A stretch of DNA of 64,000 bases from the human T2T-CHM13v2.0 reference genome, Homo sapiens, in assembly GCF_009914755.1 (NCBI RefSeq), contig NC_060935.1; one strand, given 5' to 3'. Positions 14,095 to 25,262 of this stretch are shown here, piece by piece. The position numbers and the translations under genes are program-made. The notes beneath the pieces are model-generated. The model ran no database searches. It had not been told where the DNA came from and saw only the letters and a program-made list of their open reading frames with translations. Each line of letters begins with the position of its first letter. Position 1 is the stretch's first letter.

Positions 14095-14255
14095 GTCATA
14101 GACAACAACAGTCACCTCATTGTATAATTGAGGCAACTGAGAAAAAGAAATTTTTTGACTTCCATGAAGCTATTGTTTTAATTTGTGGGTAGACCGTGAT
14201 TGGAACCCAGAACACCTGATTCCCATTCAAAGGCTTGCTCTCTAAACCACAGCGC
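14095..14255. mobile_element. MIR
   Basis: CCTCATTGTATAATTGAGGCAACTGAG core. Confidence 0.65.
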
Positions 14256-15627
14256 AGCTTGTCATTTCCAGGCTTCCCAGGATTAAGCTCTGGTCAGATT
14301 TTTACTTCTCTAGTCTGCATCAGTTTGGCATCAGCCTCAGCTGTTTCTGTCAGCTGCTCTTATTTCTGTCAATCTCTGTGATGGTCCATATGTAGGAACA
14401 GCTGTATGCTCCTCCTGCCAGAGCTCTCTCTGGCACTGTGCAGTTGCAGTATGTTCTCATGCATGAAGGATAGTATGAACAGTTATACTGTCTGTCAATA
14501 CATCACGTGACTCAGGCGCCAGTGGCAAATTTGTGTCGCCTGTGCCTCAATAATATTCACAGACATGAGAATACTTTTATAAGTTTAGAGAATTGTGTCA
14601 TGCATAACCTCCTGTCACATCTGATATAGGAGAATTTTTGTTTTTCAATTTACTAAAAATTATTCTTCATTAAATGAAATTTTAGTCTTTTGAGTCTGCG
14701 AAACCGACTGTCTGTAATCAGGACCCTTCTAGGTTGGAAGTTGGAAAGAAATTGCTATGTGAGTTATTGAATTTTGCAAATGTCAACCATATTACACTCT
14801 ATCTCTAAAGTATTCAACACTAAATTCTTATTATCCAGGGACAGTTTGTAAATAATAGAAAGTATAATTGCTCAAGTTTGCTGAATACACTTCTCTCAAA
14901 AGTTTAAGGTTTGTCTCTAAGGTGGAAATCAACAGAAAGACAGATGGCTGAGACCAGTGATACTACATTCTCAATATTGTGACCAGCTGTCTACAGCAGC
15001 TGTAGCCGCTCCCACAAATCCCTTGAGGATAAGAGCAAGAAAAGGCGTGCTCTTTGTTACTGGCCTTGGAGGACAACCTCAATGTGTGCCCTTGATGGGC
15101 TGAGTTGAATGATGCGAAACATACCAAGACTTTGATTGCATGTTAGAGAAGGTAGATCCATGACTGAAAGTAGCTCAGGTTCACCCTGTATTGACTTCCC
15201 CAGTGGCATAAAGAAGCATGGAAGGAATCCAAGGAGAGCAACTCAGGGACAATAGGAGTATTTGTTCCTAAAACCCAGAGCCACAGGCCTACAAGGACTT
15301 CATGCCTCTCTTGGCTATATCATTAATGTCTTAATGTGGAAATCGTAACAGAGGAAGGGCATCTGTCTTTAGTAGTAGGAGAGCCCAGACCTGTCTTACT
15401 GCATAAGCCATATATGTGCAAAAAAGAGAATCCAAAGATTCTTAAACGGTTTTAACTGGTTCACTTATATCCAAAGCACCTGAACCCTAATATATTTTGA
15501 TTTGAAATGTGTCATAGACTATAATATGAGTGGTGACCCTCACCGCACCTTTCTCCATAGTTGTGCAACACAGTGAACTTGCTAATTGCTTCTCCTCTGA
15601 TTGGAAAAGGAGGTGAGTTGGATGGGT

Positions 15628-15632
15628 GGTGT

Positions 15633-15668
<36 letters not shown>
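15628..15668. repeat. (TG)n microsatellite
   Basis: Directly visible. Confidence 0.95.
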
Positions 15669-15671
<3 letters not shown>

Positions 15672-17379
15672 GCACTCCCTCTTGGAGAATGTTATAATGA
15701 AACTTAAATTTAACCCTGAGAGGAACTAGAATTTCTTTATGGTATTTAACTATGAAAACAAACAAGTAACTAGATGTTTAAAAGGCACAGCATGAAATTT
15801 CTAGCAGTAAGACAGGAATTTCTAGCTGTAAAGTGGAAATCCTGATAAGTTCCAGGATTAAGAGAATGGATTTTCAGTTTGCCCTTGAAATGGAAGCATC
15901 ATTGTATTATCAAATCTTTTTTCTCTGTTTTTTTTTTTTACTTGTGTTTGATATTGAAAAACCAGGAGTTAAATACCTAGAGAATTTTTCTAATATATGT
16001 TTACCACTTTCAAACTTGTAAGGCATTCTTGAATACTCGATTTCCATGTATTTTAATGTAATCTTACTCTTCTTTGTCTCTGTATTACGTGGGACAGTAC
16101 CAAGTATGTGCAACACTGTCTCAGATGTTTTTTTATTTTACTCAAAGAACAGTTGCATGAGCTGGAAGGTATGTGAGAGTTCCTAAGAGCAGCAAATTCA
16201 TCATAGATATTCAAGTATACTCTACTGAATTATCTAATGCTACCTGACTTCTGTCTTACTTATGTGTATTAGGGGTCCCAGATAGAGGCTAAAAATATGT
16301 GACACACTGGTGGACAAAGGAATCCAAACTTATTTTATGTGAGAATTTTGGCTGGAAAAGTTGAGCACCTGTGAGAAGCACCAGGGTGGGGAGGATCATC
16401 TGGTATCTGTTTCAGATATTGATTATCTAACCAAGGCAGGGATTTATTTCTAAAATTATAAATAAAAGAAGTGTGTGAAGAAAATGAAGGACCCACTGAA
16501 AAATAGTGCCTAAGCCACCTTATATCTGTGCCTCAGTAAATAAGTAGGCATAATGGGGATTCTCCTAATTTCTTCTTTGAATACAGCTTAGTGTCTCTGC
16601 CTATAGCAGGAATAACAGCAGATATAGTGGCATACCTACCATCTCAGTGGTTTGGTGTTTTGAGGTAATTGAAAGACAGCTCCTTTGTCACTGACATCAG
16701 TTTCTTAAAGGGGGAATAGACTGCAGTAATAGTGAGGAAGCTCTGCCCTCAGGTGGCTTCAAAGAGTGTAAATCAATGAAGGGTAGCCAGAGCCAGATAA
16801 TATTGAGAGTTCATAAGTACATAAGAAACATCTCTTGGGGATTCCAAGAAACACTTGGTAGAAATTACTTGCTAGTAATTGCACAGGAGAGCAAGAGCTT
16901 ATGGTATGCACCTAGGTGAGGTGAACAAGGGCCAGTGACATTTGAAATTTTATTTTGGCCTCTGCACAGATTGGTGTGGCCAAGAAGAAATTCGGTCACA
17001 TCTCCTACCTGTTATCCTGTGCGCAAAGGAAAGAAGAATGAATGAAAACTATCTTTTATAGCCATTTAAAAAATAGATCATGTGCATTGTATTGAGCCAA
17101 ATAACATTTCCTACAAAGCTCTTCATCTAATAACTTAAAGATATGGGATCATCATGGCCAACTCTGTAAGAATAATGGATGCTAGCAAAAAATAAAATAA
17201 TACAAGAAAGACATCTAAAGTTATAAAAGTGTGCAGGACAAATAATTATGATGATATCTACTATATGAGAATATTTATATAAGAAACGCTTTAAATTATT
17301 TTAAATATTAATAATTTTTATAATTTAATTGTTAAATCACTTTACAGTCTAAATTCTTGGGCACATAGCTATTTAAATA

Positions 17380-18225
17380 TTCTTTTCCTGTGAATTCCCA
17401 TCATTTCCAGATTGGCTTCTTTTGATGATTTTCTTTCTGGTTATGTATCACAATATCCTGCTTCTTTATATACTTAGAAATTTTTGTTTGGATGCTGGAT
17501 ATTGTGATATTAAATTATTAAATTATATATTTTGTTGTATTCTTTTAAGTTGTGTTAGACTTGGTTCTCCTAGGCAATTACTTGTGGACTAGTTTGATCT
17601 TTTCAGTCTTGTTTTGAAAGCCTTTTAGGAAAAAGCTAGGTCTGTCTTTGCACTAGAGATAATTTATCCCCCTTACTCTACCTAATACCCTAATATTAAA
17701 AGGTCTTTTTACTCTGGCTGAAAGAAACACAAACTATTTCTATCCCTATGTGAACACCAGAAATTATTTGGCCTGTTGATTTCTCGTGGATCCTTTCAGA
17801 TCTTCAGGTAATTTCTTTTCATGACTGCTTAGCTCTATATTCAGCCAAAGTCTTCAGGGGATCCTTCTGCCTATCTCCAGAGTTCTATTTCTATGCAACT
17901 CTTTCATTTCTGGTCGTCTTGCCTGTAACTTCAAGTTGCCCTGGCCTCCCCAAACTGATCTCTATTTTCTTACTCATAGAAACTTCCAGCCTCTGTTTGA
18001 ATACTCCCCATAGACTGCAGGGGAGGAGACCGCACCCAGGTTGCAAACTGGAGCACTTTTAAGGCTCACCTTGTTTTGTTTTTCTTCTCTCAATAATTGC
18101 AATCTTGTATTGCTTGTTAGACAATGTGTGAAATGGTTTGCTTTATGTATTTTTGTCATTTTCTAGTTGCCTAAGTCAAAAGATAAAATCAAATATCTGT
18201 TACTCCACCATGGCCAATATCAGAA
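17380..18225 (-). mobile_element. Ancient L1M 5-prime-region fragment
   Basis: T-rich degenerate L1M-like sequence (CCTGCTTCTTTATATACTTAG...TTGGATGCTGGATATTGTG). Confidence 0.5.
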
Positions 18226-18399
18226 GTATTAATTCATTTATTTTTACAATTTATCATTCATAAAATTTTCTAGTATATTCTTTTCTGTCAAGCTAAAATG
18301 TGAATAACTTAGGAGTGGAGATCATGTCCTGTTTCTCTTTGTATCATCAGCATCTCCCATTGAATTTTACACAGGGCCCTAAAAAAGATAAATAATATT

Positions 18400-18545
18400 C
18401 ATTCAGCATTTCTGTATCATACAATTGGTATAAGTGCTTTTAGGTTAATCCTACTTTAGCCCCGCACCGTTGAAATTCTCATTTTGTAGATAAGTAAGAA
18501 ACTGAGATACAGAAAGTTTCGATAACTTGCCCAGGATCATAATTC
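18400..18545. mobile_element. MIR, preceded by a probable L2 3-prime end
   Basis: CTCATTTTGTAGAT...GAAACTGAG...TAACTTGCCCAGGATCA. Confidence 0.65.
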
Positions 18546-18932
18546 AGGTGTGCTCAGCACATCTTCTATGAATAAATGCCTGACTGCCTAATGAGTTCTG
18601 GGGAAAAATGACCATAATATATACAATGGTAATTAAACCATACAGTTAAACTAAAACTTTTTTATTTATTTATTTATTTTTAGAGCCAGAAAGAGCCAGA
18701 GAGATTTAAATCACAAAAGATTTAGGTGACCGAGAAAAGGACCAACAAATCTGGCCTTTAATACAACTGTTGGGAACTCATTGTCTAGCAAGTCTTTATT
18801 TTATTGCCAAATGCCCATAAAAAGATACCAAGGGAGCTATTTCTAGTGCTTCAGCAAAATAGAACAACTTATAACTGGATGACCCTCAAAAACCTCCAGT
18901 TCAATAGGTCCACCCCTAAGAAACCCCTCCTA

Positions 18933-19257
18933 TTTTCCTTTCTTTTTTTTTTCTTCTTCTGTTTTTTTTTTTTTTTAGACGAAGTCTCACTCTGTCACCC
19001 AGGCTGGAGTGCAGTGGCTTGATCTTGGCTCACAGCAACCTCTGCCTCCCAGGTTCAAGCAATTCTCATGCCTCAGCCTGTTGAGCAGCTGAGACTACAG
19101 GCATGCACCACCACACACAGCTAATTTTTGTATTTTTAGTAGAGACGGGGTTTCACCATGTTGGCCAGACTAGTCTTGAACTCCTGACCTCAAGTGATCT
19201 GCCTGCGTCAGCCTCCCAAAGTGCTGGTATTACAGGTGTGAGCCACCGCGCCTGGCC
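18933..19257 (-). mobile_element. AluSx/Sz
   Basis: Full dimer; CTGACCTCAAGTGATC diagnostic. Confidence 0.95.
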
Positions 19258-19620
19258 CTGTGTTCCTTTTCTCATCAAATATCTTTCTTTTTCACTCTGT
19301 ATAGCTAGAGGCTTGGTACCTTCCTGAGTCATACCTCTTTTTCTCTCACTTCTCACATCATCTTTACTTGATCTGGCCAATAGAGGTTAAAACCAAGCTC
19401 TAGAAATATTCAAGAGTGCCTAATAAGAAAATATTTTTTAACTTTACATGCCTTACTAAAAGTAGTGATATTTTATTATCTATTATTTTATTTAAAAATG
19501 GAGAGAGACATTGAGGACCGGATAAGTTGTAGCATGGTCAAAATCTGTGGAAAATAAGTGAACTTAGCCAGGACTAGAATTGGAGATCTCTGAATCCCTG
19601 TTAGGTTTCTTTCATGGTAT

Positions 19621-19803
19621 TTAAAAACAAAAACAAAAACAAAACAAAACAACAGAAAAGCGAGGTCTCACTCTGCCACCCAGGATGGAGTGTAGTGGTG
19701 CAATCACAGCTCATTGCAGCCTCAACTTCCAGGGCTCAATGAATCCTCCAATCTTGGCCTTCCAAAATGTTGGGATTACAGGTGTGAGCCACTGCACCCA
19801 GCC
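19621..19803 (-). mobile_element. Free Alu monomer (FRAM/FAM-like) with degenerate TSD
   Basis: About 145-bp monomer ending CCCAGCC; flanks TTCTTTCATGGTAT (19607-19620) and TCCCTTCGTGGTAT (19804-19817). Confidence 0.8.
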
Positions 19804-19976
19804 TCCCTTCGTGGTATATGCAAGATACTTCATGGATTGAATTTTCTCCCAGACATGATCAGAGTTTTCCTTCAGTTTGGCATGATCATTGCTCATCCTG
19901 GGGCACCGTCTCAGTTTCTGGCACACCAAACACCACCATAGTCGTGCAGAAAGAATGTGTTGAAGATAAGAAATGT

Positions 19977-20160
19977 GTGCCATTGGGGGAGGGCTGGGGG
20001 TTGGGGAGAGCATTAGGAAAAAGAACTAATGCATGCTGGGCTTAGTACATGGGTGATGGATTGATAGGTGCAGCAAACCACCATGGCACACGTTTAACTA
20101 TGTAACAAACCTGCACATCCTGCACATGTACCCTGGAACTTAAAAAAAATAATAAAAAAA
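19977..20160 (+). mobile_element. Short L1PA (about PA8-PA13) 3-prime end just downstream of the OR6M1 stop codon
   Basis: GCAGCAAACCACCATGGCACACG...CACATGTACCCTGGAACTTAAAA; TSD AAGAAATGT at 19968-19976 and 20159-20167. Confidence 0.9.
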
Positions 20161-20190
20161 GAAATGTATTTAATGTAGTGTATACCAGTG

Positions 20191-21132
20191 TCAAGTTTTC
20201 CTTTGTATCAAGGTCATGATTCTGTTCACTGTCTCTCTCAACACTTCCTGTACCTTCTCATTCCTCAAGCTGTAGATAAAAGGGTTCAGGAGAGGGGTCA
20301 CCACTGTGATGAGGACAGCGGCCACCTTGTCATAATCCAGTGAGGAGTTCTGATTGGGTCTCACATACACAAAGATGTTGCTCCCGTGGGCAATGGAGAC
20401 AACAGTGATGTGAGAAGCACAGGTAGAAAAAGCTTTCTGACGGCCCTGGGTGGAGGGGATACACAGGATGGTAGAAATTATGTACACGTAGGACCCAGTA
20501 GTGAATGCCAGGGAGCTCAGGATGACAAGGGCAGAGAGGAGAAAGTTTATCTTCTCAATGAGGTGAGTATTTATACAGGCCACCTGAAGAAGAGGGGCAA
20601 TGTCACAGAAGAAATGATTAATTTCTTTCCTACAGTAAGGTAGCCTTGTCACTACAATGGTTGGAAACAACACAGACAGGAAGGCTCCCACCCAGCATCC
20701 CAGAACCAGCAGAAGGCAGGCCCTGCTGTTCATGATGACCGTGTAGTGCAGTGGGTCGCAGATAGCCATGTAGCGGTCAAAGGACATCACCGCCAAGAGG
20801 ATAAACTCCACCGTCCCCAGAAAGAAGTAGAAATATGTTTGGATCATGCAACCAGCAAAAGATATGGTTTTCTCTTCTCCTAGGAGGCAGGCCAACAACT
20901 TTGGGGTAATGACAGTGGTGTATAAGATATCCAGAAAGGACAAATTACTGAGGAAGAAGTACATTGGAGTTTGCAGGCGATGATCAATCCATATCAGGGA
21001 GATGATGGTGATGTTTCCTGTTGCTGTTAATGTGTAAGTTACCACAAGAACCACGAAGAGAGATATTCGAATCTCCAGGAGAGCTGGGAAGGCAATTAGG
21101 GTGATTTCAGTCACAGTGCTCCAGTTTCCCAT
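20191..21132 (-). CDS. OR6M1: Olfactory receptor 6M1 (class A GPCR, 313 aa, intronless coding exon)
   Basis: MGNWSTVTE start with N-glycosylation site; OR motifs [54 protein letters not shown]; sequence recognised as human OR6M1. Confidence 0.97.
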   Translation of the reverse strand: MGNWSTVTEITLIAFPALLEIRISLFVVLVVTYTLTATGNITIISLIWIDHRLQTPMYFFLSNLSFLDILYTTVITPKLLACLLGEEKTISFAGCMIQTYFYFFLGTVEFILLAVMSFDRYMAICDPLHYTVIMNSRACLLLVLGCWVGAFLSVLFPTIVVTRLPYCRKEINHFFCDIAPLLQVACINTHLIEKINFLLSALVILSSLAFTTGSYVYIISTILCIPSTQGRQKAFSTCASHITVVSIAHGSNIFVYVRPNQNSSLDYDKVAAVLITVVTPLLNPFIYSLRNEKVQEVLRETVNRIMTLIQRKT

Positions 21133-21162
21133 GACAACTACTATATGGTGGGCAGGGTTTCC

Positions 21163-21195
21163 CTGAAGAAACAAGAAAAGGAAAATCAGCTTAGG
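21163..21195 (-). promoter_or_regulatory. Splice acceptor of the OR6M1 coding exon, 30 nt upstream of the ATG
   Basis: Minus strand CCTAAGCTGATTTTCCTTTTCTTGTTTCTTCAG|GG: branch-point-like motif, polypyrimidine tract, CAG. Confidence 0.85.
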
Positions 21196-21219
21196 TAATT
21201 TTGTAAATATCTGCTGAGA

Positions 21220-21430
21220 ATGTATTGCGGAGAGTGGCTTATATTGGGAGATGTAGACCTGGTATGTAGTCCTCTATCTGCAAGTTAATTATTGTGCCAC
21301 ACTGGGAAAGTCAAGATACTATTTAGGTACATGGTTTTTTTTTGTTTGTTTGTTTGTTTTTCCTGTAAAATGACGGAATAAGGCTGGATAAAAAAAACTC
21401 AACTTCCTTCTAGTTATAAAATTCTATTCC
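21220..21430. mobile_element. MIR-like element upstream of the OR6M1 coding exon
   Basis: TGGGAAAGTCA...CCTGTAAAATG...CCTTCTAGTTATAAAATTCTAT. Confidence 0.55.
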
Positions 21431-22284
21431 TTTTCATTGATGAAATTTCTAATCTTTTCTATTCTTTTGGCTTCATTTTCTCAGCTAAAAATGTGCTAAT
21501 GTACTGATGTATACTTAATCAGAATGCCCTTCTATTATTCTGGTTTACAGTTCCTGAGTGGCAAATCCTTTAGAAACGTAAAGTCTTTTCTATAACAAAC
21601 TTTCTTTCACTTTGGTGGTTGTCATTTAATAAAGGTTGATTTAGTTTTTTCTACATTTGTAGATATCCAGAGTCTCCGAATTCTTAACGTCTTTCCCTAG
21701 CATGTATAGATCTGTGAAAACAGTCCAGAGATTATTAAAAGGAACAACAGCTGACGGTTCCTATTAATCATTTTAGATGACACCTCAAAAAGAAATAATG
21801 AGTGTCTCGCCCTTAGATTATGCTTTTGTGTCTAAAACCTACCTTCTACAAGTTCTGTGCAGTATCTAATATGTATCATATATCTGGCTGATCATTTGAG
21901 AGCACCGTATATAGTGTGATAACATCAGAGAGGCACAAATTATATACAGGAAGGCAACATAGAGGTAATTCACCTCACTTCATTTACTTTGTCAGCCGAC
22001 ATTGTGAAACTGTACTTCAAGATCATCTAGTTTGTTCTTTGTCCCACAATGTGAGAAATGATTATTTTGCAGAGACCTCCCCATTTTAGGTAAAAACCAG
22101 CCCATGCTTTAACTCTGACCTTGGTGCTTTATTTATCTAGATATCACTTAGCACCTCCTTAATAAATCCTTAATAGATAAGTTAGCATCTCCTCCACTCT
22201 TTGCTACTGATCGTGGCCACCTCTTTTTCTTTTTCCAAACTCCCCCTGCACTTTCCTCCAAGATAAAAAATTTACCCTCTTATT

Positions 22285-22765
22285 TTATTTTTCTTTTTAT
22301 TATACAAGAAAGACATTTTTAGTGCAAAGAATTAAAAAATGCAAGTGCAGAAAAGAAAATTATAATCTGTAATCGAACTTCTTAGAGATACAGTGACCTT
22401 TTGGTGTATATAGTTTTAGGCTATTTTAAAGTTCAAAGTACATACTTGTGTATCTAAAATAAATCATACTAGGAGACTATTTTGTAATTAGCTTTTTTCC
22501 TTTTCCTTTCTTTCTCTTTTCTTTCTTTCTTCCTTTTTCTTAAAACAATTTAGCATCTTTCCATGTCAACTCCTAGAAGTCTTCACAATCATTTTTGAGA
22601 ATTGTATAGTGTTTGATTCTATCAGTGGGACTGTGATATATTTAGCCAGTTGCTTAATGCTGAAAATTTAGATGGTTTACATTTCTTGCTTGTATAAATA
22701 ATGATCAAATAAATATTCTTCCACATAAATTTTTTGTGCACTTGTCTTATTAATTCCCGAGAATC
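22285..22765 (-). mobile_element. L1ME 3-prime fragment
   Basis: TAGCATCTTTCCATGTCA...TTTAGATGGTTTACATTTCTTGC degenerate L1 3-prime UTR. Confidence 0.55.
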
Positions 22766-23971
22766 TTTTCCAATAGGGTGTTTGCCCTCACTATTTGTTA
22801 CTCAGTACAAAAACCCAAGAAAGATTTATTCTTATAATATTAGATTTTACTTTACTAGAGCAGTTGATAATGTAAAATCACTTACAGATCTCTTTCATGG
22901 GTTCTTAGTCTGAGGGAATAGTTCTATATCATAGCTGGGCTGGGGTAGCTGATGCCTCAATGGCATAGAAATACTGTGCTCTTTTTTTTTTTAAATAAAT
23001 CTTATTTTATGCTCTGAACTTCAGTTTTCTCATCTTAGAATGCTGGGCTGCACATTTAAAAGGTCCATTAAAGTCTTAGGGTCCTACTATCAGTACTTTT
23101 TGACTCCCTGACCCACCCCAAAGATTGTAACTTCTTTTATTCTCCAGTAAATAAACTCCTAAATTATTTGCTAAGTTACTGCATAAAAGTGGCTAATCAT
23201 GAATACATATACTAATATAATAGCATGGGAAATTACATATGAACTTTCTATACAAGGCATTTTGTTACCTGTTTTTTGTGTGTCTTGTATTATTATTTCC
23301 ATGGGGTTTTTCAGCAGGCAAATTATATTTTACAATTTTTTTCGGTTTTCAATAAAAATAGATCTTTATTGAGTTTTTAGTAGTTGCCAGACATGATCGA
23401 AAGCAGTTTACTCTTTTAATTTTCATTATAACCTATGAGATAAGCACTACCTTCATTCTTATTTTTTTATTTTACTTTAAGTATATTTTACATTTTAAGA
23501 CTCAAGTATTAATTAGATTAATGTGAGATAGTTTGAAGAATTGGGTTCCAATCCTGGTTTTTACCACTTGCAGCTCTTTTTTATTGAATTAAATTCGTCA
23601 CCTCTGAGTCATAGCTTCTTTATCAGAGAAATAAAGATAATTCTAATGTTCAAAATGACCTGCCATGAGGTTTAAATTAAATCATATATGTGACAATACC
23701 TAATAGATTCTTGCTAAAAAATTGATTCTTTTAAGAAAGGAGATGAACAATTAACACTAATTGTTTCTTATCTGAATTAATAACAATAAGTCATGAAAAG
23801 ATTAATTTTTAACTGAGGAATATTTCTAATGCATACTTAACCTGAATCATTCCAGATTGGCTTCTGACTCCATTCATTAAGAATATTGAAAGATTAGAGC
23901 GACTATACACAGAAAAGTAAATTTAACAAAAGTTATATCATATTAGTAAATAAACATATGCAAAAAAGTAT

Positions 23972-23980
23972 ACTTACATT
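23972..23980 (-). promoter_or_regulatory. Candidate 5-prime UTR exon splice donor (AAT|GTAAGT), conserved with the OR6M2P upstream region
   Basis: 16-nt identity AAAGTATACTTACATT at 23965-23980 and 60850-60865. Confidence 0.55.
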
Positions 23981-24169
23981 GCATCAATTATATAATGTAA
24001 ACTTTTCCTGTTTTGTATGTGAGACATAGGTAGAGGCTCAAACTTTATCATATATAAATGTATGAATTAATTCATAGCATTGTATTTTGTACTTTGAATT
24101 TATTATTATTTTTGCTAATTCTATTTCTAACTCATAGAAATATCTCTTAAAGATGAAATAACCCTTACT

Positions 24170-24430
24170 AGGCCACTGACCATCCAACCCCATAATGAAT
24201 CCTTCTCATTAGCACTCTCACCGCATATGCATCCAGCCATTGCTTGGATGACTTCAGTGATTAGTAAATTACTATCTTGCTTTACCACTGGCTGGATGAA
24301 AAACTCTTATCTTGAGTGGAAAACTCTGTTATGTAACTTCCAAATACATGTTCACGTACTGATTTTATGGATCAAATACTAACCTTTTCACCATGACAGC
24401 CCTTCAAACACCTTTATGTTCTAGATATCC
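24170..24430 (-). mobile_element. L3/CR1 fragment
   Basis: CATCCAGCCATTGCTTGGATGACTTCAGTGA...TGTAACTTCC resembles the L3 consensus. Confidence 0.5.
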
Positions 24431-24567
24431 TCCTTGCCCTACATTCCAGTGAATTCAGCACAACACAAATTCTAGAGTCTGTTTTTGCAGATAAAGAAGG
24501 TAATACCTGTGGTAAGTAAGTGGCCTTAAAAACTTAGAGTAGATAGATCTTCCTCAACTTCCATTTA

Positions 24568-24840
24568 TGGAGGCTGAAGCAGGAGGATTGCTTGAGGCCA
24601 GGAGTTTGATATCAGCCTGGGCAGTATAGCAAGACCCCATCTCTACCAATATTTTGAAAAAACTAGCCAGGTATGGTGGTGAGCATCTGTGGTCCTAGTT
24701 ACTCTGGAGATGGAGGTGGCAGGATTGCTTGAGCCCAGCAGTTCCAGGTTGCAGTGAGCTATGACCATGGCGTTGCACTCCAGCTTGGGCAACAGAGCGA
24801 GACCTTGTCTCTAAAATCAATCGATTAATCAATCAAAAAC
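24568..24840 (+). mobile_element. 5-prime-truncated AluJ
   Basis: GGAGGATTGCTTGAGGCCAGGAG and GCTTGAGCCCAG AluJ diagnostics. Confidence 0.9.
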
Positions 24841-25006
24841 TATTAAGTCTTAATTCTCAGGTATTTTCCCCATTCAGAGTGACTATATTTTGTCTTTTTG
24901 CTTAATTTTCAATTATTTCAATTATTCAGTAACTGAGTTTTTTGAATATAGAATTTCATACAAGCAACTCATCTAGATGTGGCTAAATGGATTTCTTCTT
25001 AAGCAT

Positions 25007-25015
25007 ACTTACCAA
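25007..25015 (-). promoter_or_regulatory. Candidate first-exon splice donor (TTG|GTAAGT)
   Basis: Perfect GTAAGT about 250 nt downstream of the promoter-like block. Confidence 0.5.
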
Positions 25016-25262
25016 GGGATGGCTCAGTGAAGGGAACTCAGTAAAGTTTTTGGTGTTTCATTTTACCTTCATGACTATTAGACTATCCTTCCATTGAAGC
25101 TTTTACTCAATGATCTTGAATGTTATAAATGTTTCACCAGATTAAAGGTGACTTTAATTTTTTTTAACTACTTCTTTCCTTTTCTCAATAGAGTAAAGCT
25201 TCCCTTCCTTTCTTCTGTCAGTTTTTGTTAAGTAAGTGGATGAATTATGTTTTTTTCATGGG

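Noticed and set aside
16340-16420. TGTGAGAAGCAC resembling the reverse of the OR CASH motif
   Set aside because: Flanks do not continue as OR sequence; no support for a third OR remnant
20386-20643. 85-aa antisense ORF over OR6M1
   Set aside because: Shadow ORF of the coding strand with no independent support
21133-21174. 14-aa N-terminal extension of OR6M1 in the ORF track (327 aa)
   Set aside because: It starts at a TTG inside the polypyrimidine tract of the splice acceptor; the real start is the ATG at 21132
22880-22888. Additional minus-strand donor TCT|GTAAGT
   Set aside because: No counterpart seen upstream of OR6M2P and no clear acceptor; may be chance
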